From the NCBI RefSeq assembly GCF_964355755.1, contig NC_092671.1, positions 10,726,001-10,790,000 on the forward strand: a DNA stretch of 64,000 nt, written 5' to 3'. The notes beneath the pieces are model-generated. The model made no database searches and had not been told where the DNA came from. It saw only the letters and a list, made by a program, of their open reading frames with translations. Shown one piece after another: positions 27,930-39,637 of this stretch; position 1 is the stretch's first letter; every line of letters begins with the position of its first letter. The position numbers and the translations under genes are program-made. The DNA comes from Antedon mediterranea (lineage: Eukaryota > Animalia > Echinodermata).

Positions 27930-29717
27930 ATGATTTTCAGAATTTTAAGGTATTTATAAACCATACACCATAGTTTATTTGCGTTAGTTGTACTAAAATA
28001 TACAACACAGTCTACATAATAGGCCTAATAATATAAAATATAGGCTAGGACTAGGCCTAGGCCTACCTAGCCAGCCCCTCTAGCTAGCCTACTAGATAGA
28101 GAGAGACTAGCTAGAGAGGCTAGTTAAGTTAGGCCTACCGTTCGTATCGTACTAAAAACGTGAACTCTATTCAATAGAATAGGTGGTCTAGGCCTAAGCC
28201 TTTCTAATCTAAGGGCATATCCTGGACTTAGTAGACCTTGTACTGTAGCTACAACTACAGTACTACTGTAGCCTTCCTATGCCTAGTCAAGTCTACTACT
28301 CTAGGCTAAGGCCTAGCTAGAGGGTGAGGGTGAAGGCCATCCCATCATTGGCAATATTAATTAGCCTAATTATTATTAGGCTTTCTTAGCTTATTGTTTA
28401 TAATAATCAATTAATATCATTTTGTTTAATTGTTGATGTATTACTAATGAATAATTTATATATGTCTTTTTATTTTTCCAGGTATCTAGTTCACAATGAA
28501 CAACTTATAGAAAAGGTATTTTTTTACAACTAAAAAAACTATTTTATTATAATATTCAATGTTTGCATTTTATTTACCAACAATTTCTTTAACTTTACAG
28601 CTCTCGGAGTCCCGAGTAATGAGAAGGGTTGCACAGATGACTGTTTACTCCATGAACAAGGCAAATGAAATAGGTATAGACCATGGCAAACAAATAGACT
28701 ATAGTTTTTGTCAGCCTGCAAGTGAAGTTCATCTATTCTTTTTTATCCCCCAAGAAATAAACACAGAAATGGAAAATCTAACATTATCAATTTCTTAAAT
28801 AATTTCTTTGTTACTGTATATATTTTACAAAAACCGAATTTCTGTAAGCCTACACTTGCTAGGCTGCCATTTACCATCAACCTTCAGATGATGTACTGAA
28901 ATCCTTCACCAAAATTTTGAAAGGTGCCGATTAGAACCATAATGTAGTACCCCTGGGATTACCATTTATAAACACATTGCACAATCTACTCTTCCTGCAA
29001 AACCAGTACAGTATTTTCACCCTCACCTTGTGTGAAATAGCGAAAATGATGGAGTGGAAATAACTGTATGCTACCCTTGATCATTCGTCGTGAGCTAATT
29101 TCCCTAATGTAATTTCCGTAATCAAAACGGTACTGGGTTTGTTCTACTAGCGTACAGTAATACAGTACTTTGGACAATAACATTACAGTAATACAGTACT
29201 TTGGACAATAACATTACACACAGTACAGTAATACAGTACTTTGGACAATAACATTACACACAGTACAGTGATACAGTACTTTGGACAATAACATTACACA
29301 CAGTACAGTGATACAGTACTTTGGAAAATAACATTACACACAGTACAGTGATACAGTACTTTGGACAATAACATTACACACAGTACAGTGATACAGTACT
29401 TTGGACAATAACATTACACACAGTACAGTAATACAGTACTTTGGACATTAACATTACACACAGTACAGTAATACAGTACTTTGGACATTAACATTACACA
29501 CAGTACAGTAATACAGTACTTTGGACATTAACACACTTGTATCATTTTAGGGCACGATGCAATAGAGAAAGTGGCCGAATCCGAGAGCATAAAGAAGTTC
29601 TCCGAGACTGAGCCTCAAGACGACAATAGGATTTCATCTTTTAGCAGAACATTTATGAAAGAAATGCAAGAAGGATTAAAAGAAATGAACGACGATATAC
29701 AAAAGAAAAAGCATTGA
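27930..29717 (+). CDS. NCBP2AS2: NCBP2AS2-like small protein, 97 aa. Exons: 27930-27949, 28482-28515, 28601-28673, 29551-29717
   Basis: Spliced product MIFRILRYLVHNEQLIEKLSESRVMRRVAQMTVYSMNKANEIGHDAIEKVAESESIKKFSETEPQDDNRISSFSRTFMKEMQEGLKEMNDDIQKKKH*. The QLIEKLSESR..RR.AQ.T and F...F..E...GL motifs match my recollection of the NCBP2AS2 family. Introns are GT-AG and in phase, and AATAAA follows. Confidence 0.82.
29153..29535. repeat. 40-bp minisatellite, about 9.5 copies, in intron 3 of NCBP2AS2-like
   Basis: Unit cagtacagt(a/g)atacagtactttggaca(a/t)taacattacaca. Confidence 0.95.
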
Positions 29718-29989
29718 ATAAATTATTGACAAAAAGAACATTGTATCCGGGAAGAGTGTTTCCCTGATTGTATATAGACTCACTGTTATATTTTAGTTTG
29801 TAATGAAGTGAAATAAAAAATAAAACACAAAAACTGGAGTCTTGTTGGTTTTTATTTATCTGGTAATGGTATTAAATTTACAATAGACCAAGTAGTGTTT
29901 GAAGAGTGTATTTAAATACACACGACGTTGACAGTTTCTTACACTGTACAGCAGGCTGGAGTGAGGCTGTTTTTTAGATAATGTCGATA

Positions 29990-32040
29990 CTATGCAATAC
30001 TACTAGCATTGCTAGCAATTCTAGGCCACATGTCAGCACATTCTTTACATACTGGTCCTGTGATTGCTGAACCTGAAAAATAAGTAGTTTTGGTCATAAA
30101 TTCAATTAAACATTTTCTTAGTCTAACAAAAATGTTATCGAATACATTTGGCAATAATGTTTTCCAAGAAAATGATAAATCGGTCAATATCATTAAAGGT
30201 TGAACATTTTTTATGAACCTGACAGGGATTGAGTAGTTACTGTAGGTGACAAAATTGTCCTTTGCTAGCTTTATCAACTGTACAGACTCTTTGGGCCTAG
30301 GCTTACTTCTTTTCTCATGGTAAGTTGGTTTCATGGGCTAATTATTAACTTAGATGATTAGGTCCACCAACTTACCTGGGTAAGTAAGCCTGAACAAGCC
30401 CATTGATGTAAAGACGAAGAATGGGAAAATTCTTCCAATAATTAAAGTATTTAATATTTACCCTTCATTTCTCCTTTGGGATTCACTATGACCCCCGCAT
30501 TGTCTTCAAAGTATAAAACGACCCCATCACGTCTTCTGAACGGTTTCCGCTGCCTTATGATGACTGCAGGCATTACTATTACAAACAAAATAATTGTCAT
30601 TAATGCAACTTGTATTTGAAATCATGTAATTAATCAAATGAAATATAGGTAGGTCTAGGTTAGCCTCTACAAAAGGATGGCAGGCATGGTCTTCTCAAGC
30701 ATAGCCATAGCTTTTGAAAGAGGGAAGGAATGGGAATAGGATATTATTACAGTGCCGAATTCTACATTTCAAATTATGATTTGCTCATATTTATTATTTA
30801 CTTTTCTTGTCCCTATACTATGCATTAAAATCCTCAAACACAAACACACATTGTACAATAAACACAATGAATGGTATTGATTTAAATACCTTTTTTTCTG
30901 AGTTCTGGTTTTCCTTTTTTAACTGTTGCTATGATCATGTCACCAGAAGCAGCTGCAGGCATTCGGTTTAAACGACCTTTGATACCCTTTACAGCAATTA
31001 CATATAGATTTTTGGCTCCTACGGGAAAAAAAATGTACCGATTATATATATAGCAGATGAAACCAAATAATAATAATATAATATAGCTATTCTTTTTCAT
31101 GCTAAAAGAAATGAAAATACAATTGTCCAAGGGGAAAGGATTTTTTTGTCTTCAGGTTTATCTAAATAGGCAAAGAAAACACATGTAGTAGTAGTACTAG
31201 TAGTCAATATTAAAAAAAAACTATTTTTACATGGTTGTAAAATATTATATAATTGGAAAAGGCACCAACCTGTGTTGTCGGCGCAATTAACAACAGCTCC
31301 TACTGGGAGACCCAGTGAAATACGGAACTTGGACCCAGCTGAACCACCTCGTCCTAAATAAACAACAAACAAAACAGAAATTTATGGATGGATTAAAACA
31401 TTTTTATTTAAATTAACACAAGATCGGCTGTGCTTACAATCGATGTTATGAAATACAACTATATTTATTAAGATTGGTTTCTGTTTAGGCTAGTAGTAGT
31501 CACGTAGTGGGCCTAAGGTACTAATTACTATTAATAATTATAATATTCATTAGGCATATACACTCACTACCTAGGCTACCCCTTCTACTACGGAGAGGAA
31601 CGGTTTGGCCCTGGAACGATTCCGCCCGGATGTGTGCTTACTTTATTTAGGCCCTAGGCCTAAATGTAGTACTCTACGCGGGTCAAGTTGAAGTGGTGGC
31701 AGTTTTACTAGAATCATAGACTATGAGAATAGAGATGATTTAGGCCTAGGCTTACGCAAGACTAAACTAAAGCCTTCAAACACAATAGTAGTACGTTTTG
31801 CGATACCTGTACTACTATTGTGCCACCCATTATTGACAACAATGATCATACACGACTAAATTTATTCAATCATAACTCGAAAATATATCTATCTTTCCTA
31901 TAAAAAAATATACACAGTATATTCATAAATCTATAGGTATTTCATGTAGGCTCAACGTTAATAAATACAATACACTTATATTACGATTTTAATGGATTGG
32001 TTTCAAACATTATTTCGTAGTACATACCTCTCTTCGACAT
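29990..32040 (-). CDS. RPL23: 60S ribosomal protein L23 (uL14), 140 aa. Exons: 32028-32040, 31270-31353, 30890-31018, 30462-30575, 29990-30072
   Basis: [55 protein letters not shown]...[71 protein letters not shown]. Confidence 0.98.
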
Positions 32041-32056
32041 TTTGGATGAAAAGGTC
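32041..32056 (-). promoter_or_regulatory. TCT initiator / 5'TOP tract of RPL23
   Basis: The minus strand reads gaCCTTTTCATCCAAAATG, a polypyrimidine start just upstream of the ATG as is typical of ribosomal protein genes. Confidence 0.7.
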
Positions 32057-33810
32057 AAACAACTTTAGAGGGCGCTATTTTATAGTAAACAACAGAGCCA
32101 TAATGGCTCTGGTAAACAATTATTTACTGTTACCAAAGAAAATTCTTTGCTGTTAACATATCGGAGGGAGGTATACCTCCCTGTACCATATTATGGCAGG
32201 CCCGTAGCCAGGGGGGTTTTTTATGTTTCGGGCGAACCCCCCCCTTTACAGCGAATCCCCCTTAACCAACTGCGAACCCCCATCCCCGACATGCCCAATA
32301 CCTCACCCTCATCTCCAAAAATCCTCCAAATACGTGCCCCACAGTACAAAAAGTTGTTTGTAAATTGAAAAATTCGTAAACTTGTTCGTGAACCTTCTTC
32401 TCTGTATGAGCGTCAACTAGTGATACGTGTCTGTAAATTTCTAAAAGCTGCAAATGAATTGCCGATTTTAACCTGAAAAATAAATGTTTGGTCCCTGCAT
32501 GTAACATGATATTGACGCGTCTCATAGCGAGCTGGCGCACGAACGATTCGTACAAAGGACACCGCCAGACAACTGCGTACCTATAATTGTTTAGATCACT
32601 GGCAGTCAGGCAGCATGCATAAAGTATATAGCCTTCCGACGTACATCAGTATTTATGTGTGACTATGAAGTATAATGTATCATAGAGGATTATAGTGAAT
32701 ATTAATATTTTACACTATAATATCTATGGTATCAAGTACTGTAGTTCACATTATGGCATCCGATTATTTTTTTCTAGACCACCAGCCGATACGTATTAAA
32801 ATGTATCAATATCACCTATTTACATATTTATATCAGGGGTGGCGCCAGGATCTTCCCGACGCGGGGGCTACATTCCCCGGCGAGGGGGCTATGCGAGCGA
32901 AGCGAGCATCACTAGGCTGGGGGCCAGGGGGCCGCCAAGGACCCCCGGTGGGGGTCCAGGGGGCGAAGCCCCCGGAAGCAACGCGTTCTAGCGTCATTTG
33001 AGGTCATTTTAATCAGATTTAGGGTAGCCATTTTTTCCATTTTTTATAATGCATAAATAAAATACTGCGTGCAAAAAAACGATGCGCGATGACTGTTTCA
33101 ATCCATATTTTTCAATTTAAAAAATAAAAGTTCAAAGAAAATTTAGAAAAATAGAGTTGGAGGTCCCGGAAATTGGACTTAATATACTTCTAAACATGAA
33201 ACAAAATATATAAGTCCCTATCATGGTTGTGACTGAGCTAAGAAATGTTTGAAAAATAGAGATGTTAGGTCCCGGAAAATGCACTTCTTGTACTTCGAAA
33301 TATGACCAGCTTTATTGTTGGGGCTGAGCTAAGAAACTGTTTAAAACTAGAGCTGCAGGTCTTCAAAAAATTGCATTTTATACTTTGGAAACATCAGGCC
33401 TAGAGGCTTAAAAAACGCAAGCGTAGACCTTTTTCAGTCGGGGAAATAAGTTTATTCCTCCCAAGTGTATGCGTGCGTACTATCTGGACTTCCGAGTGGT
33501 GAGAAATTCATGACATACAGGACATTGAAAATGTAATAACTTAGCTATAATAAGATGTTGGCTAAGCGAAAATGGCATGTTTTTTTGTTTAGTAATGGAT
33601 GAAAATTTTATTTTAGGTGCCCCACGGTACAGAAGGTTACTTGTAAATTAAAAAATTGGTGAACATACGAACAATTAACATAATTCGTTTTTGCTGTAGA
33701 GTGTAGCGTACGTCGACGCAGTACACGACGTAACCGTCAGTAAACTTCGCCTGGAAAATAACTACAGTACATATTTTGGTCCCTGGATGGAACATGATAT
33801 CACGCGTCTC

Positions 33811-35102
33811 CAGGGGCGCAGCCAGTAAAGAATTAAAGGGGGGGGGGGGGGGGGGTCAACCAATATGTGAGTATTTTGCGAGCGAAGCGAACAACCATGG
33901 GCTGGGGGCCAGGGGGCCGTCTAGGGCAATCTAGATCATTTGAATCGGTTTACGCACACACAAATATGACAATGTTAACACTAATAAACTGAAACAAAAG
34001 AAAACAAAAACAACTCTCATTTTCATTACAGAACATTTTTATATTCCAGGCTGCCACAGACAAACACTTTTTTTCTTGCTTGTTTGTTGATTTGTGTAGA
34101 GAGGCTGTAAACTCAGAGGAGGAATTATTTGAATTCCTCCCTTTTCACCAATACAAAAGTTGCATGAAATGAACGTAGAGATGCAAAAGTTTGAAAAAAG
34201 AAATTAGAATGATAGCATGGAGGGAGTGATATTATTAAATGAGAACCGTAAGGTTAGAGTTCATACACTGTGCAAGTCCAAGAAGCTATCTTGGCTCCGT
34301 GTGTATGTGAGACGCTTATCATACCCAGTACATACAATATTTTGTTTAAAAATATACCTATTTTGTTCGAATGTATAATATAGGTGATAGCTTATACATA
34401 ATTGTAATAACTAACTTCTAAATTATTATCATACATTTTAAGTTAGTTACTATAACGGCGCTCTTGACATCGCGTGATGCATCTTTAAACATAAGTTTGG
34501 AACATTCTTCTTGGCTTGGAGACAGAATTCGCGAATGACATTCTCTGTATTAATGTTCATGTTAAAGTGTATGTTCATGAGACACAATCCCGAAAGCTGC
34601 TCATAAGACATGTGATTTCCCAAACAGGTTTTCGTTCTCCATAAAGTCGAAAAACGCCGCTCAGCTTCAGCAGACGTTACGGGCATAGGCCTACGCGATT
34701 AGAAGAAGTGCACGCACATTCGGGAACACATTTGGATCCGCTAATTTTACACAGTCGCTTCCATCACTGAAGCTCGGAATGAAGATGTTCGTGTCTTGGC
34801 AGATCATCGTACCAAATTCAAGTTCCTTGAAGACTTCTTCAACATTACACTTCACTATAGACTCGGGTGCTACGCCAAATATTTTAAAGCATGGCCTGTT
34901 GTTATCGGCAGAAAAACGGGTTTTTAACTCGGTTTGTAATCAAGAAGTTGATTTGGTAATACTGCTCGGTAGTAATCTTCCACAGTATCTCCAGGATGAT
35001 TTGATCTGTATTGTTGTCTCATGTTTTTATTTATTTTTTCTAAAAAAAAAGGGGGGGTCAGGACCCCCGTGACCCCCCCCCCCTCCCCTGGCTGCGCCCC
35101 TG
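33811..35102 (-). mobile_element. Internally deleted hAT transposon with a transposase C-terminal (hATC dimerisation) remnant and a 5-bp TSD
   Basis: Perfect 15-bp TIR CAGGGGCGCAGCCAG with GTCTC on both sides. The minus-strand remnants RQQYRSNHPGDTVEDYYR and MPVTSAEAERRFSTL.RTKT.L.N.M...QLSGL.LMNIH are ZMYM1/PRKRIR-type hAT. Confidence 0.88.
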
Positions 35103-36986
35103 GTCTCGACCCAACGTTGAACGATTCGTACAAAGGGATACCGCCATACAAGTGCGAACCTAGCTATTGTTTAGTAGTAAGTTAGGTCGCTGGCAATAAT
35201 GAATGCATATAAAGTGCATAATATCACTCTGACGTACTCTCACTATGAAACGTCGCGGTTTTCTAGGCGCTGAAGCTAGCTACGAAGTGAACGCGAACGC
35301 TTTTTACTGTATATTATATTCCCCGACAAAAAGTACCCGTGTTCCCTTCGGTAACCGTCGGTAAACTTCGCCTGGAAAATAACTACATTACACATTTTGG
35401 TCCCTGTATGGAACTTGATATCACGCGTCTCGACCCAACGTTGAACGATTCGTACAAAGGGATACCGCCAGACAAGTGCGTACCTAGACCGGCAGCCCAG
35501 AGACATTTGGTTAGATGAGCTAGGTACCAATATCTGACTATTTAAGTGTGTTGGGGGTCACTTGAAGTGAATGAAAATGGGAGTCTGCCGGGTACCCCCT
35601 GCTGCGTCTAGACCGGGGGGACCCCGAAACGTGCTAAAAAATCGGCACAGGTTAGATGAGAGAGATACCACCTAATTTTACCACCATGGGATGCCCATTG
35701 GCATCCTTATAACAGTATCACAAACGACAGACTTTTTCTCTGCTGCAAAAGGCCCGCCAGACCCCCCCGAGGGAGGGCCTAAAATGGGGTTAGCATAGAT
35801 GAGTGAGGTACCACTCAAAATCAATTCCAAACGAACAAGTTGTGTTCATACAATACTAAATGGATAACAACAGACTAATTGTCTGCTGCACCGCAAGTGC
35901 CAGACACCCTAAAGTTAGACTAGAGGCCCCCCTTCCCCCAACTAACCCAGCTTAGATATTGTAGATACCACCAGCAACCAATGTTATATGATTTAGCACA
36001 TTGTAAGCAATACCAAATGACCTATTACAGACTATCTGAACACTGCCCTGGCCCTGGCAGACCCCTCTAAAGTTAGACTAGAGACCCTCTTTCCCCAACT
36101 AGCCCAGCTTAGATATTGTAGATACCACCAGCAACCAATGTTATATGATTTAGCACATTGTAAGCAATCACCAAATCACCTATTACAAACTATCTGTACA
36201 CTGCCTTGACCCTGGCAGACCCCTCTAAAGTTCGACTAGAGACTCCATTCCCCCAACTGGCCTAGCTTAGATATTGTTGATACCACCAGCAACCAATGTT
36301 ATAATTATGATTTAGCACATTGTAAGCAATACAAAATGACCTATAACAGACTATCTGTACACTGCCTTGGCACTGGCAGACCCCTCTAAAGTTCCCCCAT
36401 TTACCCCAAGTATATAGCTTACCTTAGATATTGTAGATACCACCAGCAGAAACAAAATAACCACCCAAAACAACATGTTTAATTGAATAAAGTTTAACTT
36501 TAATCGAACTAACACAAAACAATTGAAAATATATCACATCAATGACGATAAAATGACCATTACCATTCTAAAGGGGAAAAATAGTTTAAGAGTTTCAATT
36601 AAAACTTATATATTATAAGCCAAATATATATAACAAGTATGGATTCGGGTAAATTTAGCATTCCTTGCCTTTGGATGTCAAAGATACATCCGTCTGTAAC
36701 TCTTGGACATATTTTGAGAGAAAGCTTAGTAATCACCCTAATCAAATTCAGGATTGTAGTAACTTAATCTTAAGTGATTTGATTAATTAATAGTGGGTAA
36801 TTTTAAATGCTGTATATTATAATCTTAATCCTGTATTCATATGTATATATATATATTTATAAATCCAAAGGCAAATTACTGAAAAAATGACAATGCTGTG
36901 GGTATCAGTGGCTGGATCTCAATGGAGATACAAAAAAAAAGCGAAAAGCTAAATCAAAACGATAAAGTAAACAGCCAGAAAAGTTA

Positions 36987-37023
36987 GCAGAGCTTTCGCG
37001 CAACACTAGCCCTTCATCAGTGC
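36987..37023 (-). ncRNA. Minimal type I hammerhead ribozyme in the inverted pLTR
   Basis: Minus strand GCA-CTGATGA-A-GGGC-tagtgtt-GCGC-GAA-AGCT-C-TGC: intact core, palindromic stem III, one stem II mismatch. Confidence 0.75.
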
Positions 37024-38759
37024 AAGTCTTATATAGATGCGTTGAGGCTGCAAACGTGCTCAATTGGAATCAAGAGCGAATATATATTTTTATAAAGTAG
37101 ATGGAACACGGACGTCTATTACACGGTGTTTCACGTTAAACGATCTTCAGATAGACTGAACAATACCGTATCTCGATCGAAAAAAATATTTAAAAAAAAA
37201 TTATAAATATATATAATTTTTTTTTATGTACTTTATTTATGTAGATATGTAGTACTGTATCTATTAAAAAAGGTATTTGAACAAAATTAGAGATCTCAAT
37301 GAGATCCAAATTGACAATTGCCGCAAAATCCTCACTGAGTTTGACGTTGAAATTCACTCTAGAACTAAGAAGTTGAAAAGAGAACTTCCTGCATCCTAGT
37401 TTCAAAACAAATTCAGGATTATCGCCAATGACTGCCGTAAACAATCAACGGTAATGGCCCGAAGGGAACATCACAAATTTGGTCTACCATGCAGACTTGG
37501 TCATTTCAACACAAATGACTCTACCTTCGGATGACTTCAGGGCTTTTAGGAAACCCTGCAGAAGGTTCGTTGGGACATATAACAAGAATCAGAGCAACAC
37601 CTCTGATTCAGTTGTTGAAATTAATTGTCGACTTTCCGAAGGAGAGAAAAAACTTCCTTCCCGAGGACTTAAATTCTGCCCAAAACCAAGGCAGGTCGGC
37701 GCACAACAACTATCTTTGGATATAGAGTCTTTTTCTAGAAGATTACGATTACGTGAATATTTTGCTGATTCAGACAGCAGCACCACGCAAAACGAAGGCA
37801 ACGTTAACAAATTTAAACCAAAAAGTTCCTGGAATCCACCTAAAAATCGTTGTCCAGCTTTAGAAACATTTATCCAGGCTATTGAGGAGGATGTACAAAA
37901 CTACGTCCCGAGTCCAGATAAACGTGACAATCTCAAAACAAGAGAGGCAGGTCATTGCCAAATTGCGTCAGCGTAATGATATCATCATTAAACCCGCTGA
38001 TAAAGGTTCTGCCACTGTTGCTATGTACATCAAATTTTATTAAGAGGAATTCTTAAGACAGCTTCATTATATATCGTAAACTCACAACGGAACCCACCCC
38101 GGAAATTGCGGATAAGGTGGCAAAATCTGTTTCTGTGATGGTAAAAAAAAACACTCCATCGATCCTAAGATTTACAGTTACCAAATCCACTAGTAGCGTT
38201 GATTTTGTGGACACTATAGTGACCATAGAAAATGGTACTCTCAAAAGTGACCTATTCCGTAAATCCACTGATAAAAATATGTACCTGCTCCCTAGCAGTT
38301 GTCATCCCCAACATTGTACTAAAAACATACCGAACAGTAAAGCATTACCTATCAGACGTATCTGTTCTTCAGATTTAGATTTTCAGAATCGTACCGAAGA
38401 ACTAACCGGACATCTCCGGAGTAGAAATTACAAACCTATCAACCTAGGTTGCCTCCATTACGGGGCTGTTAATTTATTGAGAAACATATGCCCATTCTAC
38501 AGTCCACAGAACGTCTCAGGACTGTTTTTCCGGAACCACCCATTATTGCATTTCGTAGACCTCCCAACCTTCGTGATATATTAGTCAGATCCAAATGTAA
38601 GAGTGAAATTAACTCTCATGACAGTCAAAATTTGGGCAGTCACCTTTGCGGCAAATCTTGCAAAACTTGTTCATTGGTTGATTCTACTGAAAAATGTAAG
38701 AGTAACCAAACTGGCCGCATTTTTCGGATAAGACAATCCGCCACTTACAGCTTGGTTTA

Positions 38760-38982
38760 ACAGATACAAAACAATTACAACAACTCAGAAACACTAAAAT
38801 TACGACGAAACAGATAAAGATTGGAATTAAAAATGTCAATATGGGGATGGGCCTGGACTAAACTATTATAATATAAACTTAATCTACTGATGTAACCACT
38901 TTTGAGAACATTGACTCTACAAAAGGGAACACAAAGGATACTATTGTTTCTTAAATTACGGGCGGGAACACGAATACCGAAA
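38760..38982 (-). mobile_element. LINE 3'-end fragment inserted in the Penelope GIY-YIG region
   Basis: The reverse complement matches 45326-45541, the 3' end of the degraded LINE (ttcgtgttcccgcccgtaatttaaga...tagtccaggcccatccccatat...gtatctg). Confidence 0.85.
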
Positions 38983-39325
38983 TAGGTAGGTGTTTGTGGC
39001 AAACAGTACGTCGGAGAAACAAAAAACACTCTCCGTATGAGAATGACACAACACAGATCAGCTATCAACACATTAAAGCTTGTTCAACCTGTAGCCGAAC
39101 ATTTTATTTCATCTGGTCACTCGATAAAAAATTTCAGAGTTATTGCAATATTCCATGTGTCAAATGGAGCGACAAAACTTGCAAAGACAAGGAAAACCAC
39201 TGGGAATTACAACTTAAAACCACAAAACCTGTTGTACTTAACATTAGAAACATACTCCCAGGCTGGTAAAATTATTCCATTGTCTACCTAAATTTAAGTT
39301 TCAATATTAACCACCATTTAAGCTG

Positions 39326-39449
39326 TTTTTAGTCGCGTGGACGCGACTCTATAGTTCACTATGTCGGCGGTCGGTCGGTCTGTCGGTCTGTCTGTCGGTC
39401 CGGTATCACTATGCGTTTTAGCACGCGACTTATGGCTGTTGGCCATGTT
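39326..39449 (+). mobile_element. Short DINE-1/Helentron-like non-autonomous element
   Basis: T-run start, short inverted repeat agtcgcgt/acgcgact (repeated near the end), and a (GTCG/GTCT)n microsatellite. Confidence 0.55.
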
Positions 39450-39600
39450 TAGTTTCATTCCAAAATTGTTTATACTGTATCTCTACCAAGCTACCTTCTT
39501 TGTTTTCTACTCTTATTCAGACTCCACCCTGTCTCCTTTTGTTGTATTTCTTTTATTCCTGTCCACCCAGGCAGCACTTGCCAGCTCTTATCCTTCACTT

Positions 39601-39637
39601 GCAATGATGAAGGGCTAGTGTTGCCCGAAAGCTCTGC
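39601..39637 (+). ncRNA. Hammerhead ribozyme in the 3' pLTR (C3>A variant)
   Basis: GCA-aTGATGA-A-GGGC-tagtgtt-GCCC-GAA-AGCT-C-TGC. Confidence 0.65.

Noticed and set aside
28661-28666. GC-AG donor in NCBP2AS2-like exon 3
   Set aside because: The downstream GT donor at 28674 gives the correct phase for the last exon and the GC site does not
29153-29535. CRISPR array
   Set aside because: Head-to-tail 40-bp units with no spacers; an ordinary minisatellite
30650-30730. SNORA21-like H/ACA snoRNA in RPL23 intron 3
   Set aside because: The minus strand begins ccctctttcaaaagc and forms one weak hairpin, but there is no H box or second hairpin. It also resembles common hAT-type MITE ends (gcatagcca...ttttgaaagaggg).
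31715-31725. Fifth P-type footprint (catagactatg)
   Set aside because: Only a 5-bp stem and a 5-bp flanking repeat; compatible with chance
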